DNA of 64,000 nt from Emiliania huxleyi CCMP1516. Its lineage: Eukaryota. The DNA lies in assembly GCF_000372725.1 (NCBI RefSeq), contig NW_005201287.1:326986-390985 (forward strand), in the 5' to 3' direction. The notes under the pieces are model-generated. The model ran no database searches. It saw nothing but the letters and a program-made list of their open reading frames with translations, and was not told where the DNA came from. How positions within the stretch are numbered: position 1 is the first letter of the stretch; each line of letters begins with the position of its first letter. A program made the position numbers and the translations under genes. Shown here one piece after another: positions 33,000 to 43,600 of this stretch.

Positions 33000-33645
33000 A
33001 AGCTGCGCAACCATGCGCATACCGCACCGATTGGCAGCCAGCCGCGCGCAGCGACGATATATGATGGGAAGCCTTAGAATGCGCCGGCACAATCTCGAGG
33101 TGTCCCCGCGACGGCGCTACTCCTACTCTACTGTCTGTACGGCAACACGTAGGTTGTAGATTTGCGTCATGAGAGACTCTCTCCTCTGTGTGTCTGTGCA
33201 CCGCGCGTCTTGTCTCTCGTTGTATCTTTCCGTTTCTTTTGGTGCGCACGGCTCTATAAGGGTTCCGCGCCGTTTTCTCCAATACTGCCGTTATTAGGCA
33301 CAAACCCGCCTCTGAAGACACATCTGCAAGTCTGGTGCACTGGCAGGAGCCATACTCCCATAGGGGACGCGTGCTCGCTGACTGTAGCCAGCTTCCCGGC
33401 CTCCGGCGTCTACCGGGAGCCTCCCGGACCATCGACCTCGGGAGCTCTCCCGCACCGTTTAAGCGTTTAAGACCGTTTAAGGAATCGGCGGCCCAGGCAG
33501 CCTTAAAATGGGCCATGGCCCCCTTTAAGCCGTTTAAGCCGCAGGCGCCCCAGGGCCCACCCTTTTAAGCCTAGGGGTCCCCTAAGAGAACACACCAGCG
33601 GCCCCCGGTCCCCGCTCCCGGTCCCGCTTGAGCCGCCATGTCCCC

Positions 33646-33980
33646 ATGTTTGGAGCCCACGAGCGAATATTAGAGCTGCTGCTACAGCACGGCGCGGAGG
33701 TCAATCTGCAGAGCAGCAACAGCTACACCGCGCTGATGGGCGCCGCTTTTGGAGGCCACGAGCAGGTGGTCGAGCTGCTGATACGGCACGGCGCTGAGAT
33801 CAACCTGCAGAACAGCGGCGGCTCCACCGCGCTGATGAACGCCGCCAACACGAGCGGTTGGTCTATAGCTGCTAATTCGACAGATCGCGGAGATCAACCT
33901 GCAGAGCGGCTACACCGCGCTGATGCTTGTCGCTGGTGGTGGTCGAGCTGCTGCTGCGACACGGCGCGGAGATCAACCGA
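33646..33980 (+). pseudogene. Degenerate ankyrin-repeat fragment paralogous to the 22358-27223 gene
   Basis: HERILELLLQHGAEVNLQ..YTALMGAAFGGHEQVVELLIRHGAEINLQNSGGSTALMNAA, then frameshifts. Nucleotide sequence closely matches the ankyrin blocks at 22.5-25 kb. Confidence 0.8.
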
Positions 33981-35186
33981 TCGTCTAACTCAGTTACCTA
34001 CCCGCGTTAGCATAATTATTGTTGGAATTGGGGACGAAGACTTCACGAAGAATTAACAGAAACCTGTATAGGCCAAGGAGATGCGGGGTTTCCCGGTTAG
34101 ATCGTCGCTAAAGCTAAAATAGACGTCAGATCCGTGATCAGCACGGTCGAATTAGGCGGTCCCCCCTCCCCCCGCCACCATTCAAACATCAGCCCCCCAC
34201 AGGGGTGCCCCCCCGCGCTGCATCTGTGAATCAAAAAGAAGAAACAAAAGCGATCGCCGTCGAGCCAAAAGGAGATCGCCTTCCATGGCTGCCTCCAGGT
34301 TCGGCCCTCTTCGGCCCGCTCGGGCGCGCCCTTCCGCACATGGCCGAGACCCGCTTATAGGCGGCTCAGCCAGAGCCAAATGGCGAGGCCACGGCACCGA
34401 ATGCGCCACCATGACCATGCTCGAGTTGGGTGGAGACGGTGGGCATGTGTGTATCGGTGTGGTTTTATCGTATATCGGCGAGTGTCTGTCCGCGCCGGCG
34501 CCGCAAGATGCACCCACCATTAAAAGGTGCTTCTTGAGAGTTGTGAACGAGGCCGCTTCTCTCAAAGTCGCATGATGGCGGCCGCCCGAGCGGCGCTTCA
34601 GCCAGCCCTCACGGCCCGGGCATGCACCCGCACACCCTCCTCTCGCGCATGCCGATGCGCTCAGTCGATGCGGTCGTGGTGCTGCAACTCTGCAGCGCTG
34701 CGACCGCACCGGTCTCCCGCGTCGCCGCCGTCGGTCGTGCCGCTCCCGCCAGCTCCGCTGCCCGCCGACGCGGTGGTACGCGCGCTCTCCGGATCCCGTC
34801 CGAGGGGCGGAGGCTCGAGCGTTGGTCCCGGGCGAGCCGCCAGACTCGAAGACGGCACCCCTAACCGCGTCCCCATCCTTAGCTTCTGTTCTTTCCTCCC
34901 CGTGAGCCGTCTCTGTCGCGAGACCGCCGAGTGTGTGCCCTCGTGAGTCCGTCAGGTACTTTTCGCGTATAAAAATCGGCTGCGCGGGCGTTCCATCTGG
35001 TGCTACCAACGGCCTGGCGGCCTCGGATCCGGCCTCGCAGGTCGACGCGAGCGCCAAGGTGGACCTGTCTCCAGCCTCTCGCGCCCCTCTCGGAGCCGTG
35101 AGAGGGTGCAGGCCGAAACCACAGCCGCTAACGTCCGTGTGGCCGAATGGGACCAAACTTTCGCCGCCGGGTCCCGGGCCACGGGT

Positions 35187-35356
35187 AATGGCACCGATCC
35201 CGCATTTTCCCCGACCTTTACTCGACGCTCTTGTGCCCCGAACTTTCCTCCCCCCGTCCCGAGCACGACCAGAGCTGCTCCGGCGTGGTTTGGAGCGAGG
35301 TACGGGTGGCGGCGGGTTCGAGTAAAGGTCGGGGAAAATGCGGGATCGGCGCCATT
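35187..35356. repeat. 39-bp inverted repeat with ~92-bp spacer (MITE-like hairpin)
   Basis: aatggcaccgatcccgcattttccccgacctttactcga (35187-35225) and tcgagtaaaggtcggggaaaatgcgggatcggcgccatt (35318-35356), 1 mismatch. Confidence 0.8.
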
Positions 35357-36774
35357 TCATAGGTGCTCCAACGCCCTAGCCGGCTCGGGAGCACTGTCCT
35401 GCCCGTTATATGCGCACCCGCTTACGCTTTTAGGCTCTCCGGCGGCCTCAGGAGCCTTGCCGAGGGCTGCTCCAGCGCGGTCACAGTGCCGTGGAGCCGG
35501 CCAGCGTGCTCGCAGCCATGCCGCTGGTGGACCATGCCCGCCTCCCGCCCGGCGGCGACAACCACAGCCCGCCTCAACGTCGGCGAAGCACCTCGGGCCC
35601 TTCGCGGCTGCGTTGTCTGTCCGGCTCCACGGGGCCTTTCCGAGACACTTCCGCGCGGGCCGAGGGACTCATCGGCCCCTCACATCCCGGAGGGACGGCG
35701 CACGCGCTGCCCAGTGACCGGGCGGGTCGGCCCCGACTAGGAGCGGCCCCAGCCGGGCGGAGAAGACCATCCCACTCGCGGTGCGTCGCACCGGCCGGTC
35801 CGGTTTTCGTCTCGAGCGGGTCGCGAGACGGCCGCGAGAGCGAGCACCGCGGTCACAGTGCCGTTGAGGCCACGGACGTCGCCGGAGCGGCACTCCCGGG
35901 GCGCCACTCCCTCACCCGGCCGGGGGGGGCCAACCACAGCCCGCCTCACCGTCCGTGAAGCTTCCGTGGTCCGCTGCTCCGGCTTCGATTTTCGACCCTC
36001 CCGAGGCTGCTAGAGCAGCCCCGCGGAGCCTCCCGGATGCACCAGCACACCGTCGTCCAGGACGACGGCGCAAGCGCTGCCCAGTGACCGGGCGGGTCGG
36101 CCCCGACTAGGGGCGGGCCCAGCCGCGCGGAGAAGACCACCGAGCTCGAAACACGTCGCCACGGCCGGCCGTTTCGCAAGCCTGAGCGGGTCGCCAGACA
36201 CCCGCGAGAGCCAGCAGCTAGAGCGCCGTCGTAGCCGCAGATCGAGTCGAGGAGCTTGATGTCCACGGTAGCAGTTGTGGAGAGTGGTGGCGCGGTGCGT
36301 ATAGAGGGGTCGATCGAGGGATCTTTTTCGAAACGCGACGGGTACGGCTTGACAACTGCCAGCACAGTTTTACGCCGGCCAGCGTGAGAGCACAACAGGG
36401 ATCCGGCGACCCGTACGCTTTACGCGTGGCGGCCGGTGGCTGTCTGGAGCTCGTGCGAGCTGGGCCGACGCGTGGCCGAGCCGAGAGGACCAGCGAGCGA
36501 CCACCTTGGCGATGAAGCTTGGCGGCCGGCGCCTCGTCGCCAGACGTCACAGCGGCGTGGACGCAGGAGTGTGCGGCGACGAGTACCGGCGAATCCGGCC
36601 CGGCGTGGCCGGCAGCTGCCTAGCGCTGGCCTGTGACCGGCGCCGCGGTGGCGGAAGAGGCGTCTCGCCGCCGTGGCGGCGGTCGGCAGGTGCGAGCGTG
36701 ATGGCCATCGTGTGACAGAGTCCGGCGAAAGATTTTCTCAAGAATCACCTTAATTACCTGGACTTTTGCAGGTA

Positions 36775-37506
36775 TAGAGGCATCAGCTTCGCAAAAAAGA
36801 CCCGATGCGCGGCGGCCTGCGACGGCCCGGGATGAGCTCCCCACGATGCGACTAAGCGAGATCAATTGACCTACTGGACCTATAGTCCACCCCTGTCATG
36901 TCTATACTGACTGCAGACGACCACATGCCACACAGCATCACGCACAAGCACAAGACCCGGGATCGCAAAAAAGACCCGCGGTTCTCACACACACCCACGC
37001 GCTCGTGCATGCCGAACCAGCTCTAAAAAAATACCACCGGGACCGCCTCGCCAAGGCGCACAATAGTCAGACTGACAGTGTTTTCCAGTTGTGGCATCCT
37101 CGCACCTCGGCAGCCAGAAATAAATGGGGACCGGCAGACGGTCACAGAGGGTACGGGGTTGAGAGCATTTTCCAGCGGCCCAGGATGACGCATCTGGAAA
37201 ATGCTGTCAGTGTGACTATTGTGCGCCTTGGCAAAGCGGTTCCGAAGTTATTTTTTCCGAGCGCGGTGGACTTCATCTTGCCGGCGGTACCCGACGCTGC
37301 TCGAACGGCAAGTTGTCGACCGCCGGCAGTTGACCGGCAAGATGAAGTCCACCGCGCTCGTAATCGGGATGTCCGGAACCGCCTCGCCGAGGCGCACAAT
37401 AGTCCTCAGTCTGGCGAAGGCCAATTCTGTCATCCTGGGCGTCAGCAGCGTGCGACGACAGCGGTCTTCGTTGCGGAGCGGTCTTTTTTGCGAGGCGATG
37501 CCTCTA
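36775..37506. repeat. Nested inverted-repeat (foldback) region
   Basis: Outer pair tagaggcatc..tcgcaaaaaagacc / ggtcttttttgcga..gatgcctcta. Inner unit gccaaggcgcacaatagtc alternates +/-/+ at ~37050, ~37215-37232 and ~37386. cgagcgcggtggacttcatcttgccgg (37258) pairs with ccggcaagatgaagtccaccgcgctcg (37334). Confidence 0.75.
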
Positions 37507-37511
37507 GGGAT

Positions 37512-40090
37512 GGTCTTTTCTCGCAGCTGCGAGACATGCTTTCTCGGAGCGGGGCATCCAAAACAACAGGGCGGAAGGGAGGGGTGACCATACGCGCAGC
37601 GCAGGAGGGGTGCCCCTAAGGGGGCACAAAGGTAGCTCAAAGGGGAGTGAACAAGACGCCGCACAGGCGACGTGCACGCTCGCCGCCTGCGCTCGCCGCG
37701 TCGCTCTCTCCCTCCCCTTCTTTGCTTGAACTAGGGAATAAAGAGAGCTTCTGCGAGCCGCGCTCGGCCCCTGTCGGGCGCGATGGCCGCGGCAGTACCG
37801 CCGATCGATGTGCACTGCGTTCACGCGGGGCCCGACGCCCCCGTCCAGGGCCCCGCTGCCCACCCGCTGGTGGTGGCTACTGCCGTCCTCCGCTGGGGGC
37901 CGGTTGCGGCTGCGCCGTGCGGAGCAGCGCGCGTGCAGCTTCCGCACCACGCGATGCTGCGCGTCTTTGGCCGGCGGCTGCGCCTCGCGGCGCCCCCCGC
38001 CGGTACTCCCGCCCCGATGGTCTGCCCGCTGGACCTCGCTCTCACCGGAACCGCGTGGGCTCGCTTTCTGAACGAGCTGCTCACGTGCGGGCTCCTCGAC
38101 GCAGCCCCCTTCTCCTCTTCGGCTGCACTACAGCTGGCGATCGACCGCCTCGATGTGTCGCCAGCGGCGCTGGAGGTGAAAGAGCCCGATCTCCTCCCGG
38201 TGGGGGGCCTCGCCGCCGCGGCCGCGCTGGCGGGAGATGCTGCTCATGCGCAGCGCGGGGCGCCTCGCCGAGCCAGCGCCGCGGCGTCTGCGGCGAGGCC
38301 GGCGGCGGCTGCACGCGCGGCCCTCGCGCCATGCCTCGCCCCGCTGGCCTGCACCCCGCTCTGGGCAGACGGTTACCTTCGCGAGCTGGCCCACGGAGCT
38401 GGCCCACGGAGCTGGCCCACGGAGGCTGGCCCACGGAGCTGGCCCACGGAGCTAGCCCACATGGAAGGTCGCCGGGAATGCGGCGTAAAGCATCCTGCGC
38501 CTGGGTGACGGCGATAAACTACCTTCCATCGGACTGGGTGACTGTCCTTAAAATACCTTCCATCGGAGCTCCTACCTGGGTGACGTCTCCAGCCCCCAAA
38601 TACCGGACCAGCCCAAGGTGATGGCTCTAAAATTCCAGCCAGCCTCGGTGATGGCTCTATAATATACACCTATAGGTGAGCCGTCGGCAACCATGGCACG
38701 CTGGCTTCGCTTCGCTAACACGCTGGGGGCGCTCGAGCTCCTCGCCGCCGACGTCGCGCCGCGGCGGCAGCGCGCCCGCATTGCCTGGCGCCCGACGATT
38801 TGGCCCGCCAGTTCATCCTGCTGTCGCGGGCGCTTCACCTCTTCGTCGACCGCGCTCGCTCGCCGGCCAGTCTCGGCGCGGTCCGCTACCGCCGACGGCG
38901 GCTCGGCGAGCGGCGCTGGCGCGTGCCTCGCTCGGGCTCGTTCGCGCCGCGGCGGCAGCGCGCCCGCATTCTGCCTGGCGCCCGACGATTTGTCCTGACA
39001 GTGGCCCGTCGCTCCCGCTTCGAAGCGCTGCCGCCGTCAGCACAAACCGCCGCCACTGCCGTCGCGCCCTGCGCCAGTGCGGCGGGGCGCACCCCCTAGC
39101 GCCCAGCTGGGCCTTGACACGGCATCCTACCGTCGGGGCAACTCAGCTCAACGATTGGGTGAATTCCGGATGACTGCGCATAATGGGGTTGACCCGCCGC
39201 GCAGCAAGCCGGTGTTCACGCCAATTCGAGCTACTACATCGCATCGCTTCACGTTCCGAGCCATACGCACCTTACAACAATGGGGCAGGAGTTAAATCGG
39301 CTCGCGCCGAGCTCCTGCTGTCGTCATCGTCGTCCTATGGGCGTGCGAGGGCGGCGGGCACCGACGGCTCAGCCGAGTCGGGTCGGTAAAGCCCTCCCAC
39401 TGTTCTTCGGTGGCACTGTCGCGAGACGGTTGGCCGATCGGAATCCATTAACTACTACGTGGAGTTCATCCCCTGATGAACGACTCATGGTCAGATTGCC
39501 CATCTCGACTGCCCGTTGTCAACATCACTAGGGAGATTTGATTGGCGCTGGCGCCTGCTGTTGACAAGTGGGATCATCTGGCTTCCGGAATACTTCCGCG
39601 AACCTGCCCCCAGCAGGCGTTTGACCAAGATCCAAATTTCCCTACTCCAGTTGAGGCTGCCCTCGGACCCGAGAAGGTCTTTTCTCGCAGCTGCGAGACA
39701 TGCTTTCTCGGAGCGGGGCATCCAAAACAACAGGGCGGAAGGGAGGGGTGACCATACGCGCAGCGCAGGAGGGGTGCCCCTAAGGGGGCACAAAGGTAGC
39801 TCAAAGGGGAGTGAACAAGACGCCGCACAGGCGACGTGCACGCTCGCCGCCTGCGCTCGCCGCGTCGCTCTCTCCCTCCCCTTCTTTGCTTGAACCCACC
39901 ACCATCCCCTGTCACCTCCGTGTGTGTGTGCCTGCTGGGGGATCATCTGGCTTCCGGAATACTTCCGCGAACCTGCCCCCAGCAGGCGTTTGACCAAGAT
40001 CCGAATACTTCCGCGAACCTGCCCCCAGCAGGCGTTTGACCAAGATCCAAATTTCCCTACTCCAGTTGAGGCTGCCCTCGGACCCGAGAA
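37512..40090 (+). mobile_element. Split-direct-repeat element (A1-internal-B1-A2-spacer-B2), PAT/Ngaro/TOC1-type tyrosine-recombinase retrotransposon architecture, non-autonomous
   Basis: A1 37512-37731 matches A2 39676-39895 (220 bp). B1 39570-39675 (106 bp) matches B2 39939-40090, which has an internal 46-bp tandem duplication. B1 abuts A2. No TSD seen. Confidence 0.78.
37783..38508 (+). CDS. ORF1 (possibly gag-like) of the split-repeat element, probably interrupted at ~38385-38675
   Basis: ATG ~50 bp after A1. Protein-like 200 aa, then gagctggcccacg tandem repeats; a plausible continuation starts at 38693 (MARWLRFANTLGALELL). Confidence 0.4.
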   Translation: MAAAVPPIDVHCVHAGPDAPVQGPAAHPLVVATAVLRWGPVAAAPCGAARVQLPHHAMLRVFGRRLRLAAPPAGTPAPMVCPLDLALTGTAWARFLNELLTCGLLDAAPFSSSAALQLAIDRLDVSPAALEVKEPDLLPVGGLAAAAALAGDAAHAQRGAPRRASAAASAARPAAAARAALAPCLAPLACTPLWADGYLRELAHGAGPRSWPTEAGPRSWPTELAHMEGRRECGVKHPAPG

Positions 40091-40618
40091 CCCCTATTGT
40101 GATGTTGGATCCCTACCTGGGTTTTACCCGGACATGGTGTGTGGTGCCAACACCGTGCTAACGGCTGTGTTAACGCTTGTTTTGGGACTGCCGTTCAACT
40201 GTGTTAACACCGACCTTTGCGCCAAGTGTTGGCACGATCTGTAGTCAGTGCTGCCCCTGAGGTGTGCTAATGTTAGTCCACCAGCCCTAATAGGGCTCGT
40301 CTCAGTCTCGGGCTGGGGCAGCGGCGGGCTAGCAGGGGCGGATTTGGCCCGGCGGCGGGCGGGACTAGCAGAGGGATGGCTCCCACCGGCACTACTGCCC
40401 GTCTCGATCAGCAGTAGCCGTACGGATAATCCTGCCCGGCCCAGACTGGCCCCAGGTCGCAGGAGTCGGGCTTGGGGTCGACCTGAGGCAGGGGAGGGGG
40501 TCCGGCAAGCCCGCTTTCACCGCTGCAATGGGACGCCATTTCCCACAGTGCGGTGTGGGGGTGTGCGAGGAGGGGAGGGCCAGTGCGGAGGGGGCGGGAG
40601 AGGGGGAGAGGCGCGCAC

Positions 40619-43600
40619 CCAGATGCCTCCGTCCACGCGCACCAGGTTGGGCATCGTCAGAGTGGCGAGGTTGCGGTTGCCCGACACCTGTCGCGGTGGC
40701 GAGGGGCGCGGGGCTGCCTGGGCAGGGTGCGGTGTAGGGCGGTGCGAGGAGGGGAGGCAGTGCGGAGGGGGCGGGAGGGAGAGGCGCGCACGTGGATCTC
40801 TCCGCCCACTGGTGGCCAACCCCAACTCGCTCGGTGCAATTCCACCAGGTTGTTCATCGTCAGAGAGGTGAGGTTGGGGTTGTACTCCACCTGCCGCGGT
40901 GGCGAGGGCGCGGGGCTGGGCAGCGAAGCGGAGGAGGGGTGTGCGCGAGGCAGTTCGGGTCGAAGGAGCGGGAGAGAGGGGGGGGAGGCGCGCACCAAGA
41001 TGTTTCCCCCCACCACGCGCACCAGGTTGTTCATCGTCAGAGAGGCGAGGTTGGCGTTGGCCTGCACCTGTCGCGGTGGCGAGGGGCGCGGGGCTGGGCA
41101 GCGGTGCGGTGCAGGTCGCTGTCGCGGTGGCGAGGGCGCGGGGGAGGGGGGGCAGTGCGGAGGGGCGGGAGAGGGAGAGAGGCGCGCACGTAGAGGCCTC
41201 CGATCCTCACTTCCCGCAGGTTGTTCATCGTTAGAGAGGTGAGCTTGGGGTTGTTAAACACCTGCCGCGGTGGCGAGCCGCGGTGGCGAAGGCGCGGGGC
41301 TGGGCAGCGAAGCGGAGGAGGGGTGTGCGCGAGGAAGGGGGGCAGTTCGGATCGAAGGAGCGGGAGAGAGGGGGAGAGGCGCGCACGTTGATGCCATTGA
41401 TGCGCTCCAGGTTGTTCATCGTCAGCGAGGCGAGGTTGGCGTTGTTCTCCACCTGTCGCGGCGGCGAGGGCGGGGGGCTGGACAGCGGTGCGGTGCGCGA
41501 GGAGGGGAGGCACAGTGCGGAAGGAGCGGGAGAAACTGAGGGGGAGAAGCGCGCACGTAGATATCCCCGAACTCGGAGGGGAACGGCATCACTTCCCGCA
41601 GGTTGTCCATCGTCAGCGAGGTGAGGTTGGGGTTGCGCGTCACCTGTCGCGGTGGCGACGGCGCGGGGCTGGGCAACGGTGCGTTGTGGGGGTGTGCGGC
41701 AGGGGAGGCTGTGCAACCAACGGGGCGGGAGGGAGAGGCGCGCACGGAGATGTCTCCGACCACGTCCTCCAGGTTGGGCATCGTCAGAGTGGCGAGGTTG
41801 GGGTTGTACTCCACCTGTCGCGGTGGCGAGGGAGCGGGCTGGGCAGCGGTGCGGTGTAGGGCGGTGCGAGGAGGGGAGGCAGTGCGGAGGGGGCGAGAGG
41901 GGGAGAGGCGCGCACGGAGATGTCTCCCCCCACGTCCTCCAGGTTGTTCATCGTCAGCAAGGCGAGGTTGTCGTTGTGCGACACCTGTCACGGTGGCGAG
42001 GGGCGCGGGGCTGGGCAGAGGCGCGGTGCGTGGAGGGCGGTGCAAGGAGGGGCGGCAGTGCGGAGGGGCGGGAGAGAGAGAGGCGCGCACGTCGATGCCT
42101 CCGCCCACGCCCCGCAGGTGGTTCATCGTCAGCGAGACGAGGTTGTCGTTGGTCTTCACCTGTCGCGGTGACGAGGGCGCAGGGCTGGGCAACGGTGCGG
42201 TGTAGGGCGTTGCGAGGAGGGGAGGCAGTGCGGAGGGGGCGGGAGGGAGAGGCGCGCACGGAGATGTCTCCGACCACGTCCTCCAGGTTGTTCATCGTCA
42301 GAGAGATGAGCTTGGGGTTGTACTCCACCTGTCGCGGTGGCCGGGGAGCGGAGCTGGGCAACTGTGTGCGGTGTAGGGCGGTGCAAGGAGGGGAGGCAGT
42401 GCGGAGGGGCGAGAGGGGGAGAGGCGCGCACGTCGATGCCTCCGCCCACGCCCCGCAGGTGGTTCATCGTCAGCGAGACGAGGTTGTCGTTGGTCTTAAC
42501 CTGTCGCGGTGGCGAGGGCGGGGGGCTGGACAGCGGTGCGGTGTAGGGCGGTGCGAGGATGGGAGGCAGTGCGGAGGGGCGAAAGAGGGGGAGAGGCGCG
42601 CACGTCGATGTCTCCGACCACGTCCTCCAGGTTGTTCATCGTCAGAGAGATGAGCTTGGGGTTGTACTCCACCTGCCGCGGTGGCGGGGGAGCGGGGCTG
42701 GTCAGCGGTGCGGTGGAGGGCGGGAGAGGGGGAGAGGCGCGCACCCAGATGCCTCCGTCCACGCGCACCAGGTTGGGCATCGTCAGAGTGGCGAGGTTGT
42801 GGCTGGCCACCACCTGTCGCGGTGGCGGGGGAGCGGGGCTAGGCAGAGCGATATGGTGTAATGCGGTGCAAGGAGGGGAGGCAGTGCGGAGGGGCGGGAG
42901 GGGGAGAGGCGCGCACGAAGATGCGCCCGCTCACGTTCACCAGGTTGTCCATCGTCAACGAGGCGAGGTTGGAGTTGCTGTACACCTGTCGCGGTGGCGA
43001 GGGCGCGGGGCTGGGCAGCGGTGCGGTGCAGGGCGGCGCGAGGAGGGGAGGCAGTGCGGAGGGGGCGGGAGGGGGGAGAGGCGCGCACACCCCGATGCCT
43101 CCGAACCTTCCCCCTCGGGGTCCCCCGCCCGCGTACACCAGGTTGGGCATCGCCAGCGAGCCGAGGTTGTTGTTGACCGCCACCTGTCGCGGTGGCGAGG
43201 ACGCGCGGCTGCGGTGTAGGGCGGTGCAAGGAGGGGAGGCAGTGCGGAGGGGCGAGGGGGGGAGAGGCGCGCACGTCGATGTCTCCCCCCACGCCCCGCA
43301 GGTTGTTCATCGTCAGAGTGGCGAGGTTGAGGTTGAACCACACCTGTCGCGGTGGCGAGGGAGCGGGGCTGGACAGCGGTGCAGTGCAGGGCGGTGCGAG
43401 GAGGGGAGGCAGTGCGGAGGGGCGAGAGGGGGAGAGGCGTGCACGGTGATGTCTCCCCCTACGTCCTCCAGGTTGTTCATCGTCAGCAAGGCGAGGTTGT
43501 CGTTGTGCGACACCTGTCACGGTGGCGAGGGGCGCGGGGCTGCCTGGGCAGGGTGCGGTGTAGGGCGGTGCGAGGAGGGGAGGCAGTGCGGAGGGGGCGG

